A stretch of 64,000 nucleotides of DNA from Candidatus Moraniibacteriota bacterium (lineage in GTDB: Bacteria > Patescibacteriota > Minisyncoccia > Moranbacterales > UBA1568), in contig CP064989.1 of assembly GCA_016699875.1 (NCBI GenBank), forward strand, positions 328,788-392,787. The letters are read 5' to 3'. Of this stretch, positions 28,336 to 40,200 are shown piece by piece (positions within the stretch are counted from its first letter, which is position 1; every line of letters starts with the position of its first letter). The notes beneath the pieces were generated by a model. The model worked only from the letters and a program-made list of their open reading frames with translations, had not been told where the DNA came from and made no database searches. A program made the translations under genes and the position numbers.

Positions 28336-30135
28336 TTACTTGCCTTTCCTCCCCGCTTTCACACGGTCATTCTCGGTAAGGTATTGTTTGCGAAGTCGGA
28401 CACTTTCCGGAGTGATTTCGAGATACTCGTCGCTTGCCATCACTTCGAGCCCGCGCTCGATCGAAAGCGTCCATGCCGGCGTGAGCTGGATCGCATCGTC
28501 CGAGCCCGAGGCACGCATATTGGTAAGCTGCTTGCCCTTGGTTGGGTTGACACTCATGTCATCGCCCTTCGAGGCATTGCCGATTACCTGCCCCTCATAT
28601 ACATCCGTGCCGGCGCCAATATAGAGCGTGCCGCGTTCCTGCAGATTCCAGAGCGAGAAACCGAGCGCCTTTCCGGTTGCCATAGAGATCATCGAGCCGA
28701 CGCTCCGGTGCTCGATATCGCCCACATGCGGACGAAATTCCAAGAACCGCGACGAGAGAATGCCCTCGCCCTTTGTATCCACGGTGAATTGCCCTCGATA
28801 CCCCAGAAGTCCGCGCGTCGGAATCTCAAAAAGAAGCCTCGAATCATTGCCCTGACCCTGTTTCATATCCGCCATAATACCCTTGCGCTTCCCCATTCGC
28901 TCGATCACCGCGCCCGAATATTCCGTCGGCACATCCACCGTCACTTCTTCAAATGGCTCGCATTTCTTGCCGTCAATTTCCTTCATGATGACTTTCGGCT
29001 GAGAAACCTGGCACTCATAGCCTTCTCGACGCATCGTTTCAAGAAGAATGGCAATGTGGAGTTCGCCACGTCCCGAGACAACAAAGTTCTCACTCGAATC
29101 AAAATCTATTTTGAGCCCCACATTTATCTCAAGCTCGCGGCGCAAACGCTCGCGAAGCTGCTCGCGTGTTACAAACTTTCCTTCACGTCCGGCAAACGGC
29201 GAATCATTCACCAGAAAATGCAGGGTGATCGTCGGCTCGTCAATCGCGATCGACGGAAGATTGTCCGCTTCTTTGGTGTGCGCTATCGTGTCACCGATAT
29301 ATACATCGGCAATACCGGCAATAAGCGCAATGTCTCCCGCAGATACCTCCGGCGACTCCTCGCGATTCATACCGCGAAAGGTGAATATTTTGGTAATTCG
29401 CCCCGAAGATACTTCGCCGGTCGGCTTCTTCGCGAATACCGTATCGCCCACCTTTGCCGAACCCTCATAGACGCGACAAATAGCAAGACGTCCCAAGAAA
29501 TTATCGTACCCGAGATTGAAAGGCTGGGCGCGGAAAGGAGATGTCGTATCTTGCGCTGCGGCCGGCACCGCCTCAAGCACCGTATCGAGAAGCGGCGAGA
29601 GATCATTTGAATCGTCCGTCATGTTTCGCTTCGCAATTCCCTGCTTCGCAATCGCATAGACGGTCTTGAAATCAAGCTGTTCGTCCGTCGCCCCGAGATC
29701 AAGAAAGAGTTCGAACACCTGATCAAGCACCCACTCCACGCGCGCCGCCGGCTTGTCTATCTTATTTACCACCACAATCGGCTTGAGCCCCAGTTCGAGC
29801 GACTTCTTGAGCACAAATCGCGTCTGCGGCATCGGGCCCTCCTGCGCATCGACGACGAGCAATACCGAGTCGATCGATCGGAGCACTCGCTCCACCTCGC
29901 TTCCAAAGTCGGCATGTCCCGGCGTATCAACAATATTGATTTTCGTATCCTTGTAGAAAAGCGCCGCGTTCTTGGAATAAATCGTGATGCCGCGCTCTTG
30001 CTCGAGCGCATTGGAATCCATGCTTGCCCCCTCTTCTGTCATGCCCGTCTGGCGCATCAACGCGTCGGTCAAGGTGGTCTTCCCATGATCGACGTGCGCG
30101 ATAATAGCGATATTCCGGATTTCCATAAGCAGCAC
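28336..30135 (-). CDS. typA: Translational GTPase BipA/TypA
   Basis: '[14 protein letters not shown]', 'DTPGHADF', 'NKIDK' G-motifs, EF-G-like domain layout, ~600 aa. Confidence 0.9.
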   Translation of the reverse strand: MLLMEIRNIAIIAHVDHGKTTLTDALMRQTGMTEEGASMDSNALEQERGITIYSKNAALFYKDTKINIVDTPGHADFGSEVERVLRSIDSVLLVVDAQEGPMPQTRFVLKKSLELGLKPIVVVNKIDKPAARVEWVLDQVFELFLDLGATDEQLDFKTVYAIAKQGIAKRNMTDDSNDLSPLLDTVLEAVPAAAQDTTSPFRAQPFNLGYDNFLGRLAICRVYEGSAKVGDTVFAKKPTGEVSSGRITKIFTFRGMNREESPEVSAGDIALIAGIADVYIGDTIAHTKEADNLPSIAIDEPTITLHFLVNDSPFAGREGKFVTREQLRERLRRELEINVGLKIDFDSSENFVVSGRGELHIAILLETMRREGYECQVSQPKVIMKEIDGKKCEPFEEVTVDVPTEYSGAVIERMGKRKGIMADMKQGQGNDSRLLFEIPTRGLLGYRGQFTVDTKGEGILSSRFLEFRPHVGDIEHRSVGSMISMATGKALGFSLWNLQERGTLYIGAGTDVYEGQVIGNASKGDDMSVNPTKGKQLTNMRASGSDDAIQLTPAWTLSIERGLEVMASDEYLEITPESVRLRKQYLTENDRVKAGRKGK

Positions 30136-30227
30136 AAAAAATTAAGAGAAACACGAGGAGCGAAGAGCCAACAAAAAACGGCTCCCGCCGCTCGAAGTCT
30201 TGACAGACTATCAAATAAATCACCATT

Positions 30228-30278
30228 TGTCAAAAAAAAAAAAAAAAACATCCCGAAGCGCATTGCGCACTTCGGGAT
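30228..30278 (-). terminator. Terminator: hairpin 'atcccgaagcgcattgcgcacttcgggat' followed on the minus strand by a 17-nt T-run (A17 on the plus strand)
   Basis: read directly; lies between response-regulator gene end and typA start. Confidence 0.6.
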
Positions 30279-30338
30279 TTACAAGCACAGCCTGGACCGA
30301 TTTCAAATAGACTCAACCGCAGCGCTATACGGAGAGAT

Positions 30339-30743
30339 CTACGAAGAGGTGAGTGCTTTTCGAATGCGCTGCACCATATCGGGAAGCGAGACATTCGATT
30401 TCACGATATAATCAAGCGCGCCCAACTCTTTGGCACGGGCAATATCCTTTCCCTGGCTCAGATTCGACATTACTACCACGCGGATATCCGACAACGCCGC
30501 ATCAGCGTGTAGCTCTGTCAGCACCTGAAAACCGTCTTTGAGCGGAATCATAATATCAAGAAGTACGATATCCGGCTTCCGATCGCGGATCTTCCGAAGC
30601 GCCTCCTCGCCATCCTTCGCAAGATCCATCTCGAACCCCTCCAAAGCCAACTTCTTCATGTAAACATCCGATATAAATTCATCGTCTTCAACAATAAGAA
30701 TGGAATTTGATTTGTCCGATGATTTTATGTCTTTAGTTGCCAT
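30339..30743 (-). CDS. Single-domain response regulator (receiver domain)
   Basis: 'ILIVEDDEFIS...DIVLLDIMIP' receiver motifs; ORF-track N-terminal extension (to 30854) overlaps kinase gene, start set at MATKDIK. Confidence 0.75.
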   Translation of the reverse strand: MATKDIKSSDKSNSILIVEDDEFISDVYMKKLALEGFEMDLAKDGEEALRKIRDRKPDIVLLDIMIPLKDGFQVLTELHADAALSDIRVVVMSNLSQGKDIARAKELGALDYIVKSNVSLPDMVQRIRKALTSS

Positions 30744-30762
30744 AGGAAAATACAAAAAACTA

Positions 30763-32472
30763 TTATTTTTTCGCAAGCGGAAATATAACGAGAAACGTCG
30801 TTCCCTTTCCTTCTTCACTCTCAAATGAAACCCGACCGCCCATCTCTTCGACAAAATTCTTCACCACAGCCAATCCCAAACCGGACCCCTCCGTCTTCCA
30901 ACGAAGCGCATTTGAAGCGCGGAAAAACTTCCCGAAGATTTTCTCGCGCTCCGATTTCGGAATGCCGATCCCCGTATCGGAAACGGAAAGACTCACTTCA
31001 CTATCCGAAAGTCCTTCCAAGGTAACCGTAACGACAGACTCCGGACGGCTGTACTTGACAGCATTGTGAATGAGATTCTCACAGATTTCATGGAGACGCC
31101 TCGGAAAAGACTCTACCTTCCACCGGCTTGATTCTTTCGTCGGAGAGAAATCAATGTGCACACCGGATTTCTCAGCAAGCGACTGCAACTCCCCAATCAC
31201 CGATGTTATTGTCTCAACGATCCCGACGGCTTCCGCCGATTCCGGATCCTGCCCGGAGTCAAGGAGTGCGACATTCAAAAGATCGTTAATAAGCCCGATC
31301 ATCCGAAGCGTGTTCGCATGTATCTTCTTCACCGTGTCGGCAACTTCCGGAGAGATATCTCCGACATCACCGCCCAGGAGCATCTCCATATTCCACCGCA
31401 TCCCCGAAAGCGGGGTTCGCAACTGATGCGCCGCAACAGAAAGAAACCGGTCCTTTGCACTATCCATAGCTCGTTCCTCCGTCATATCCTTGAGAACGAT
31501 CATGCACCCGAGCAGTCGATCGTTGTCGGAGAATATCGGGGTAACGGAATACGCGACCGGCAAAGCCTCCAAATTTTTCCGCACCAGCAAACCGCGCGCA
31601 TTCTCCAGCGGAGACTTCTTCGCGATCACTTGCTCAAGAAAATCTATCGATATCTCCGGATGTCTATCAGTCGCTAGCGAAAAAAACTCCTGACATCGCC
31701 TTCCCAAAAGAGAGCGCGCCTCGGAATCGCCCATGGAAACTCCCAAAATATCTTCCGCTGCCTCATTGAGAAACAAGAAATTTCCTCCAAGATCGACCGC
31801 TATGACGCTATCGCCAATCGATCGCAAAAAACGCAAAACCGAATCGCGCTCTTCCTTCTCTCGAGCGAGCGCTTCATTGGCAATTTTCAGATCTTCGGCC
31901 TGACCGACCAATCGCTGTTCATATCGATGTCGTTCGGTCACATCTCGCTGAACCGCAACGAAGAAACGGATATTCTCCCGTTCATCAAGAAGCGGGGACA
32001 CGCCGATTTCCGCAAAATAGAGATCGCCCGATTTTCGCTTATTCTGTATTTCTCCAAAGAATTTCCGCTTCTGTTCCTTGATAGTCTTCCAAAAATTCTC
32101 GTAAAACACTTTCTCCATCTGATTCCCCCATAAAGACGGAGTCTTCCCAATAGCTTCATCGCGAGAAAATCCGGTAACGCGTTCAATAGCCGGATTTGCA
32201 TACAGTATTATGCCATCCGCATCGGTGATAATCATGGGATCGAAACTCTCCTCCGCTGCCATGCGGAACTTTTTCAATTCCTCGGTCTGATCCCGAAGTT
32301 GTCCCTCGAGGATACGGGCATCGTCAAGAACGTTGAGAATCGCTTTCTCGGTATCTTCCAACTGCCGCACCTTTTTCTCAAGATCGCGCACGTGTTCCGG
32401 AGAAGCGGGGACACTCTCGGAAGCCGATGCGTTCTGCGGTTTCATCGTATGGGTCATAGAAGAACTCATCAA
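30763..32472 (-). CDS. PAS-domain sensor histidine kinase
   Basis: two PAS-like segments, HisKA 'AAHQLRTPLSGM', HATPase_c 'GSGLGLAVVKNFVEEMGGRVSFESEEGKGTTF'. Confidence 0.8.
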   Translation of the reverse strand: MMSSSMTHTMKPQNASASESVPASPEHVRDLEKKVRQLEDTEKAILNVLDDARILEGQLRDQTEELKKFRMAAEESFDPMIITDADGIILYANPAIERVTGFSRDEAIGKTPSLWGNQMEKVFYENFWKTIKEQKRKFFGEIQNKRKSGDLYFAEIGVSPLLDERENIRFFVAVQRDVTERHRYEQRLVGQAEDLKIANEALAREKEERDSVLRFLRSIGDSVIAVDLGGNFLFLNEAAEDILGVSMGDSEARSLLGRRCQEFFSLATDRHPEISIDFLEQVIAKKSPLENARGLLVRKNLEALPVAYSVTPIFSDNDRLLGCMIVLKDMTEERAMDSAKDRFLSVAAHQLRTPLSGMRWNMEMLLGGDVGDISPEVADTVKKIHANTLRMIGLINDLLNVALLDSGQDPESAEAVGIVETITSVIGELQSLAEKSGVHIDFSPTKESSRWKVESFPRRLHEICENLIHNAVKYSRPESVVTVTLEGLSDSEVSLSVSDTGIGIPKSEREKIFGKFFRASNALRWKTEGSGLGLAVVKNFVEEMGGRVSFESEEGKGTTFLVIFPLAKK

Positions 32473-34055
32473 TTATGTTGTTTGCCTGCGAGTCGACGGC
32501 ACTCGCTTATCTCTTTCTTCAATTCAACCATGCGAAGCTCCCGACTCACCATGATAGCGTTCAGCCGCTCCGTCTCTTTTCGCTTCTTTACTTCCGCTTC
32601 TTCCAGCTCCTTCCGATCGGTAATGTCTATAGCTGTATGCAAAAATCCCAAAAAGACACCCGACGAGCTCGAAAATGGAACACTATTATCAAGCACCCAT
32701 CGGTAGTTGCTCTTTGAAAACAAAACGCGATATTCCATACGAAGCGGCTTTCGATTTTCAAAAGCAGACAGACATTGTGCCCTATACCCCGGCTCGTCAT
32801 CGGGATGAATGCTCTTTTGCCATATGTCAGTAAAATGTTCTTTGGAACTTTCACCGATAAGCGAAAGCGTCTGTTTATTCGCATAGAGACATGTCCGATC
32901 ACGATCAATCATCCACAGAAATGCCGGCATCGTATCGGCAATCGTCTGGAATCTCTGTTCGGCGATATCTCCCCGCTCGCGCACCTGAAGAAGAGAGTGG
33001 AGCATGGCATTGATCTCCTCAGCAAGCTTGGCAATCTCATCGCTTCCGGAAAATTCTATTCCCGATTTCGACACACCCTTCTCGCGTGCCCGCTCAAGAG
33101 ATCGACTCAAGTAATTCACACGAGAAAGAATCGTCCAGTGAAGCAGGAAAAAAATAAGCGCCGTCGACACCAAGAAAAACCCGAGCAAAGAAAGAATGAC
33201 GACTATCTTCGATACGCCGAATGCCGTCGGAATGGCACGTTCTATTTTATAGAAAAGAAGCGGGCTACCAAAAACATCGGGAACAAATCCATATCCGGAA
33301 ATAGTCGATTCCCCGACAACTGTTTGAACCTCACCCGAAGAAACCAGACTATTGGAAACACTCAGAAAGTCCGCGGGGAAATTCCTCGAGCCGTACAGTT
33401 CGAACGAAACCGGATATCCGAGAAAATTGGAAAGTCCGTACCGATACGAATCATCGATCGTCTTCACAAAGACGATCGTGCCGCGGGAGGGACCTTCGCC
33501 GCGAGACGTCATGATGGGCCGCGTTGCAATAAACGCAAGTCCCGATGAGAGTTGGACCATGCCCGAATGAACCGCCATCGAAGAATCGAAAGTTGAAAGA
33601 ACCGATCCCGGCTTTACAAGATCTCCGATATCGTCCGGAACGGGAGTCGATTCGCGAGTACGACTATCCATTCCCTGCTGTGCTAATACATTCCCATCCC
33701 GATCGGAGATAACGATAAAATTCACACCGAGAATGTCGAGGGAATCAACCGGAAGGTTCGATTCGACAAACTCTTCCGTCGGCGAATTTGCAAACGAATA
33801 CAAATCGTCCCATTGCGACCAATCAAGAAGCTGCCGATCCATATTCCGAATATCCCGATCAATCACGCGACCGGTCCACTCGACATTTCCCTGAACGGAT
33901 CGCTGTTCATTTTCGATCAATCTCCCCAAGAAGAAAATACCCAACCATGCATAGAGCGCGATCAACACCACTTCCAAAGCATATGCCACAATAAAAAATA
34001 TTTTCTTTCGAAGAGTCATAGGACGAGAGTTTTTGTTTGAGAATGAGTCATACAA
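32469..34055 (-). CDS. Membrane-bound sensor protein with extracytoplasmic domain, HAMP-like region and PAS domain, no kinase core
   Basis: two TM segments, PAS 'FQTIADTMPAFLWMIDRD', coiled-coil tail; 4-bp overlap with downstream kinase gene. Confidence 0.5.
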   Translation of the reverse strand: MYDSFSNKNSRPMTLRKKIFFIVAYALEVVLIALYAWLGIFFLGRLIENEQRSVQGNVEWTGRVIDRDIRNMDRQLLDWSQWDDLYSFANSPTEEFVESNLPVDSLDILGVNFIVISDRDGNVLAQQGMDSRTRESTPVPDDIGDLVKPGSVLSTFDSSMAVHSGMVQLSSGLAFIATRPIMTSRGEGPSRGTIVFVKTIDDSYRYGLSNFLGYPVSFELYGSRNFPADFLSVSNSLVSSGEVQTVVGESTISGYGFVPDVFGSPLLFYKIERAIPTAFGVSKIVVILSLLGFFLVSTALIFFLLHWTILSRVNYLSRSLERAREKGVSKSGIEFSGSDEIAKLAEEINAMLHSLLQVRERGDIAEQRFQTIADTMPAFLWMIDRDRTCLYANKQTLSLIGESSKEHFTDIWQKSIHPDDEPGYRAQCLSAFENRKPLRMEYRVLFSKSNYRWVLDNSVPFSSSSGVFLGFLHTAIDITDRKELEEAEVKKRKETERLNAIMVSRELRMVELKKEISECRRLAGKQHN

Positions 34056-34073
34056 ATCAAATCAACCAAATGA

Positions 34074-36308
34074 TTATTCGTATCGAAGCGCATTCAATGC
34101 CGAGATTTTTGTCGCTCGCCGAGCCGGATAGAGCCCGGTCAATACGCCGACCGCCAACGAGAAAATAAGGATCGTAATGACAAAGAGATTCGGTATGTAC
34201 GCAACATCGAGAACACCGAGATTTTTGTCACGGAAAAACGCAACCGTCGAGATGAGCACGCCGATAGACTTTCCTGCCAAAAATCCCAAAAAAAGCCCGA
34301 GCACGCCGCCAAAGAAAGACATTACCATGGATTCCGTAAGGAAAAGCTCTTGAACCTCAAACGCCTTCATGCCCATCGCTTTCATAAGTCCCACCTCGCG
34401 CGTCCGTTCAAGAAGCGAGACTGTGAGCGTGTTAAACATGCCAAGCGCCGCAACGCCGAGCGCCGCCATCCCGAGAAGCGCCAGCACAATTCTCGCCGTC
34501 CCGAAAAAATTATTGATCTGTTCCACCGTATCCGCAACGGAAGTTGTCACATAGCCCATACCTTCGATCTGTCGCCGCACATTCGCAAGCGATTCCTGCG
34601 TCGCAACTGTCAGTTTTACCTGGGAATAGTTCACTACGCCAAGCGTTCGCGCGTCGATAAACGGCATATAGAATACCGGCGTCTTATCATCCGGAATTAC
34701 CCCGATAATCGAATACTCCGATTCGACGGACTCCGCCTTCTGAGCCTTGCCGCCAAGCAGAGAACCGGATATCACAAAGGAGACATTGAATTTCTTGCCG
34801 ATAGCTTCAGACTCGGACAGCGAAAGCACTTGAAGCATAGCGCGATTCACTACCGCTTCGCGTTTCGCCGCATCGCCGAGTGCGACTCGATCCACCGATT
34901 TATCTCCTTCGGACGAATCGCCGAGATCCAGTTCAACCCACTCTCCGTCCGATGAAGACACCTTGATATTATTCACTGTCGCCGACGTATCGTCTGAACC
35001 GGACGCCGATTCAGACAAAGCGGCGCTTTCGGGCGAAACAACCGCCTCAGTACTCTCACCAAGCACCATTCCGGAAACACTGTCTGGCTCATCGTCAGAT
35101 TGATGCATCAATGAGATCTCAACCTCGTCGTCCACAAGAGCGAAATATCCCTGTTCGACTCGAACGGATCCGCTGGAATTTTTCGCCGGAGAAAAACCAT
35201 CGGAGCACTCACTGACATCACCACAATCGGAAGATTTTTCCCAGAGAGGCATTTCCGATGAAATCCACTTTCCAAATGGCTCCCCGTCCGTACCGCGATA
35301 CGCCTCGCCGGAATCCGGAACCGTGCTTCCGTAGGGCTCCCCGGCAACGAGATCGCCGGAAACAGGAACGCGGGAAATACGACCATAGCCGAGAAGTCTC
35401 GCTTTCGAGTCGGGAGATTCCCGCAAGCGAACCCAGAGAGTCGAATCCGCCCGCACCGAAACCGGCTCAAGAATATCTCCAAATCCCTTGGGATTCACCG
35501 AATCGGAGATGCCAGCAACCGTTTTCACGGCAGGAAGGTTTGCGGAAAGATCATTGCTCTCAAAAATTTTTCCGGAAGACGGCTGAATCGCCGACTGACG
35601 CAGATAGTCCGAAGTAACCGCATACACCGCCATATCCGATACCGAACCCTGATAATTCACTTTGCCAACCACGGCAACAAGCGGCGCAACCGATTCGACA
35701 TTCGGAATTTCACGCATGTTTGAAAGCGTCTCATCGTCTATCTTGACTTTGCCGCCGGCCTGAGGCGACACATCCATCTGTCGCATCTCTTCCAGTCGCG
35801 CCACCTGGGAGACAACCAGCCGTTGAACACCATACCCCAACGAAACCAGAAATACGATTGACGCAATACCAAGCGCCATGCCGCCGATAGTAATCGCGGT
35901 CCGCGTTTTCTTCACCTTCATATTGCGGACAGCGATACCGATAAGACTGATGCGATCGATGGATTTCCGCCGCTCAATACGAAACAGTTTCTCAATTTTA
36001 CTGTAGAGAGCGGCAAACATCTCCTCGCTTGAACGGGGAGACGGGGAGCGAAGAAGCTTCCGAACATGTCCATACACTGAAAATATCCCGCGAGCCACAA
36101 TATAAAAGAGGAGCAGCACGACAAAGAGAACCAAGCGGAGAAATGTACTCTTGAAAAATTCGGGAATCCCGACTATCGAACGCCACAGACGCACGAAGAA
36201 CGGCGCGCGTCGAGCAGCGTCGGCGGTTTCCAGAACAGCAACGCCATGAGCGGCGGCGTCCTGCACATCTTGAGTAAATTTTTTCTTGCCAAAAAATGGG
36301 AAATGCAT
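34074..36308 (-). CDS. ABC transporter permease, MacB/FtsX-like with large extracytoplasmic domain
   Basis: FtsX-type TM helices around the large domain and at C-terminus ('MKAMGMKAFEVQELFLTESMVM...'); paired with downstream ATPase. Confidence 0.65.
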   Translation of the reverse strand: MHFPFFGKKKFTQDVQDAAAHGVAVLETADAARRAPFFVRLWRSIVGIPEFFKSTFLRLVLFVVLLLFYIVARGIFSVYGHVRKLLRSPSPRSSEEMFAALYSKIEKLFRIERRKSIDRISLIGIAVRNMKVKKTRTAITIGGMALGIASIVFLVSLGYGVQRLVVSQVARLEEMRQMDVSPQAGGKVKIDDETLSNMREIPNVESVAPLVAVVGKVNYQGSVSDMAVYAVTSDYLRQSAIQPSSGKIFESNDLSANLPAVKTVAGISDSVNPKGFGDILEPVSVRADSTLWVRLRESPDSKARLLGYGRISRVPVSGDLVAGEPYGSTVPDSGEAYRGTDGEPFGKWISSEMPLWEKSSDCGDVSECSDGFSPAKNSSGSVRVEQGYFALVDDEVEISLMHQSDDEPDSVSGMVLGESTEAVVSPESAALSESASGSDDTSATVNNIKVSSSDGEWVELDLGDSSEGDKSVDRVALGDAAKREAVVNRAMLQVLSLSESEAIGKKFNVSFVISGSLLGGKAQKAESVESEYSIIGVIPDDKTPVFYMPFIDARTLGVVNYSQVKLTVATQESLANVRRQIEGMGYVTTSVADTVEQINNFFGTARIVLALLGMAALGVAALGMFNTLTVSLLERTREVGLMKAMGMKAFEVQELFLTESMVMSFFGGVLGLFLGFLAGKSIGVLISTVAFFRDKNLGVLDVAYIPNLFVITILIFSLAVGVLTGLYPARRATKISALNALRYE

Positions 36309-36348
36309 AAAAAATCAATCCGCAAAAGACCGCTTACACGTAAACGAG

Positions 36349-37239
36349 CTACTTCCCGCCCGATGATCCTCCGTACGAGAATACCACCGGCTCAACATTC
36401 GGATCCTCCTCAATGCCAGCGCCCTGCTGAATGCTTACGCCGCGCTTATACTTCAGTTCTTTTTCCAAATTCGCCTTTTCCTCGCCACGGTAAATACCAA
36501 GCAGATGCCCGTCTCGCATAGAAAGCGCTGTTTTTGCATACGCAAGATATTCGAGGTCGTGCGTCACCATGATCAGAGTTTTTCCATTCTCATTCAAGGA
36601 TCGAAGGAGTTTCAAGAGCATTTCTCCGGCATCATAGTCAAGGTTACCGGTCGGCTCGTCGGCGATAATAACTTCCGGGTCGGTAATGAGCGCCCGAGCA
36701 ACCGCGATACGCTGTTGTTGTCCGCTCGAAAGATCCATCGGATGATAGTCCGCCCAATCGACAAGTTCCACCATGCGAAGCGCTTCGCGAGCGCGTTCAA
36801 ATGCCGCCAGCCGATCCCATCCGAGCAGAAAGAGCGGGAAGGCGATATTCTCCAAGACGCTCAGAGATTTCACCCAATTCGACTGTTGATATACCATGCC
36901 GATATGTTTCTTCCGAAACTCCGATCGAACGTCTTCTTCTATTCCCGGACCATACAAGTTCTCCCCGAGAAAAGTCATGCTTCCCTTCGATGGGCCCTCG
37001 AGTCCGAGAATAATATGAAGCAAAGTCGACTTCCCGCATCCGGACGGTCCGAACACGATAAGAAAATCCGATCGTTCCACTGTAAAACTGATGCCCTTCA
37101 GGACATCGATAATCTGCGTTCCAACATGGAACGATTTATATACATCTGTCACCGTAATGACGGACTCCCCCGCCCGAGGAGACGATTCGTACCCGACGGA
37201 GGACAATTGATTCGAAAGCGGAACGAGAGTATCCATCAT
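36349..37239 (-). CDS. ABC transporter ATP-binding protein (MacB/LolD-like)
   Basis: Walker A 'GPSGCGKST', signature 'LSGGQQQRIAVARAL', Walker B 'IIADEPTGNLD'. Confidence 0.85.
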   Translation of the reverse strand: MMDTLVPLSNQLSSVGYESSPRAGESVITVTDVYKSFHVGTQIIDVLKGISFTVERSDFLIVFGPSGCGKSTLLHIILGLEGPSKGSMTFLGENLYGPGIEEDVRSEFRKKHIGMVYQQSNWVKSLSVLENIAFPLFLLGWDRLAAFERAREALRMVELVDWADYHPMDLSSGQQQRIAVARALITDPEVIIADEPTGNLDYDAGEMLLKLLRSLNENGKTLIMVTHDLEYLAYAKTALSMRDGHLLGIYRGEEKANLEKELKYKRGVSIQQGAGIEEDPNVEPVVFSYGGSSGGK

Positions 37240-37247
37240 AACGATGA

Positions 37248-40200
37248 CTACTGGCCAAAAATTGACTTGAGACTCGAGAACACAATATCAAGCGCATTCT
37301 CGGTCGCTTTGGGCGCAATGGAAACAATATCAATCGACTCGCCGACATTTCCCGCCTTGTCCTTCGAAAGAACACGGAGATGATATACCTTGGACGGTGT
37401 CAATTTCGATATCACTACGGTATGGTTTGACACGAGCGAAGCGTCTTCTTGTGTCTTTTGAGGATAGACCGATCCCGTACCCTCACCGTATTCCACCTGA
37501 GAAGTAGCCGATTCGTCAGTCGTCCAGGTAACTACCAATTGAGCTTCTGCCTCACCTTGGCTTCCGTCCGACGATTTCACGATAAGTCCCTCAACATTCG
37601 CATCGATAATTTGCGGAGCGCGCGTATCAGTTGCCGTAGTAAACTGCAAAGCATCCGACTTGGCTTCATTGCCAAAATTGTCACGCCCTCTCACCACCAG
37701 CGAATACGACGTCTGCGGCAAGAGATCTCGAAGCAGTATGCGATGCTCCCCGACAACCATCTTCGCATCCACTTCATCCCGCGCGTCCCCCGCACCTCCT
37801 TCGGGAGCATACGTAACAATGGAAGACGTCTCCGTGTTCGTCTTCCAGGAAATCAGCAACACGGTCTGCGCCGTTCCCTTCACCTGTTGAATACGAACCT
37901 CTTCGATTTTCGGTCTCGGCAACGTTTCAAAAGAGAGCGTGTTTCCTTCATACTCCTCTCCTTCGCTATCGACAGTGTTTATCTTATAGTAATATTTTGT
38001 CCCATCGAGAAGATCTTCGATACTGGTTGTATACGTTGTCTCCGATGTTGATGTGGATATTTCTTTCACCAAGCCGAACGCCTCCGTAAGTCCGTAATAG
38101 ATTTTCACCTTGCTCGCCCCTTTCGCCGTGAATTCCAAAATGGCATTCGAAAGCCCCGCACTCTTCAAATTCGGATCGACAACAGTCGGAGCCGGATCGG
38201 TTTTGAATGCCTTTTCTCCCGAAAGACCGGTATTGCCATCCTCATCCGTCCAACGCGCGCGATAATGATAGGTTGTCCCCGGAGAAAGATTCGAGAGTTT
38301 AATTTCATGATCCGTCACCTGTTCGGAGTTGCTTGGTTCTTCGGAGTAATAGTCTCCGGAGCCCTTTCCATATTGGACCTTGCTATCAGACGCTCGATCG
38401 GTAGACCATCCGATTGTTGCGCTTTTGGTCGTAATAAGCGAAACCGACGGACCGGAGGCGAGTCCGGCCGCCTCGGTATACTTCCCGGTCGGATACGATG
38501 AAACAACCTCACTGAAGGCGCCGCAATTGTTAACGCTGTCGCAAGCACGAATCTTGTAATAATGCGTCGCCTGCGTCAGTCCCGTATCCACAAAGGCGAT
38601 ACCGCTCGTCGAAGCAACCTTTGCATACGTGCCACCCTCACTCAGCGAGTGATATATCTGATAGGAGTCGACACCGGAACCGATATCCGCGGGTGCTTCC
38701 CATGAGATTGCAAGCTTCCACGACTCGGTATTCTTTACCGAAACGTCGGCAATATCGGTATTGAGCGGAATCCCCGGCGCACTCGTATCAGCAACAAACT
38801 CGACCGTCTCATAGGCGCCATAATTAATCACCCCTCCCAAATCTTCCGGATTCTTCGCCACGACATAAAACGTATTCGCGCCTTTTTGCGTAGCAAACGC
38901 CGACGCCGCAACCGATTCCACTCCGGGAGACGTAAACGTACACGCATCTTCCGACGGTATGGCATTCACCGTATAACAATACGTGAGATCACTCGCTTCT
39001 CCCGAAAAGCTGAACGGCGGATCCCATGTAAAAGCGAAGGAGTTCGCCGTATTTGTCTCTGGAATTGCCTGGACGTTCTGCGGCGCAGTCGGTCCTGACC
39101 CCGCATAGTAGAATGATGTCCGCACATTTCCCGAACTCACATTGCCAGCGACGTCAATCGTGCGCAAATAGAAGAAATTTTCTCCGGTTTGGTAGGCGGC
39201 ATCCGCGATATCAACCTGAAGCGCTGTCGTGGTAGCTGACCAGCTGTCACTCGCCACAGTCGCCCCGATTTGGTACTGATACCCGGCAATCATCGAGTTG
39301 GTTGCCGGATTACCATTCCCATCCACTCCCGCGCTCCACAAAAATGAGAAATCATTATCGGGAGAATACACAGCCGGTGCCGCCGTCACACCAAGAGGAT
39401 TGGTTGGCGCTGTCGAATCAAGCCAGTAGGAGAACGAAACCGGAAACACAACACTCGAATTTTGCGCCACATCTTTCGCTTTTACGATGAGATAATATTT
39501 CTGCCCGCTTACCAAGGCGTTTCCATCCGTGTCCGTTGTCGCCACATAACTATTCCCTGACTGAAAATCCCCCTGCGTCGTCGGTTCAGCACTCGCCGAC
39601 GTGCCGAAATAAACATAGTATCCTGAAACACCCGATCCGCCCGTATCCGTTGCCGCCGACCACTCAAAAGATGGCGCCGAATATGAGTACCACGTAGCTG
39701 TCGTCAAGTCCGTCGACCCGCCATCGGAATCTTTGGCGGTCAGTGTCGGCGTCCCGGACCACGTCGGCGCCGAGAGATCCGCAGTAGCAGTCAAGACAAC
39801 AGAATTTAATCGAACCAACTCATTTCCATTGCCAAGAAACACCGCCTGCCACAGCAACCCGCCCGATCCGGCGGGAAATGTCGATATGTTCGCCGATACC
39901 GTCGAAGCGTCATTCGACTGCGCGTATCCGGACGATGTCGCCCACGCGGAACCGGTCCAGTACTGCCACGTTGATCCGCCATCATCCGAGAGGCGATAGG
40001 TGATGGCACCGGGCGATTCCTCATCCGCAACGAATGAGTCCCACTTCTTCACTCCGGACGTATGCACTGCCGAAGCGAGCGTTACCGTCTCATATCCGCT
40101 CGAATACGGAGTTGACTGGAATGATGTCCTGGCTATGGAACTAATACGAAGCTCATCGAGAGATCCTTGGAAAAACCCTTCCGGCTTTCCATATTCCCGC

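Noticed and set aside
28204-29610. 468-aa plus-strand ORF antisense to typA/bipA
   Set aside because: Arg/His-rich nonsense translation; typA on the minus strand has all GTPase motifs.
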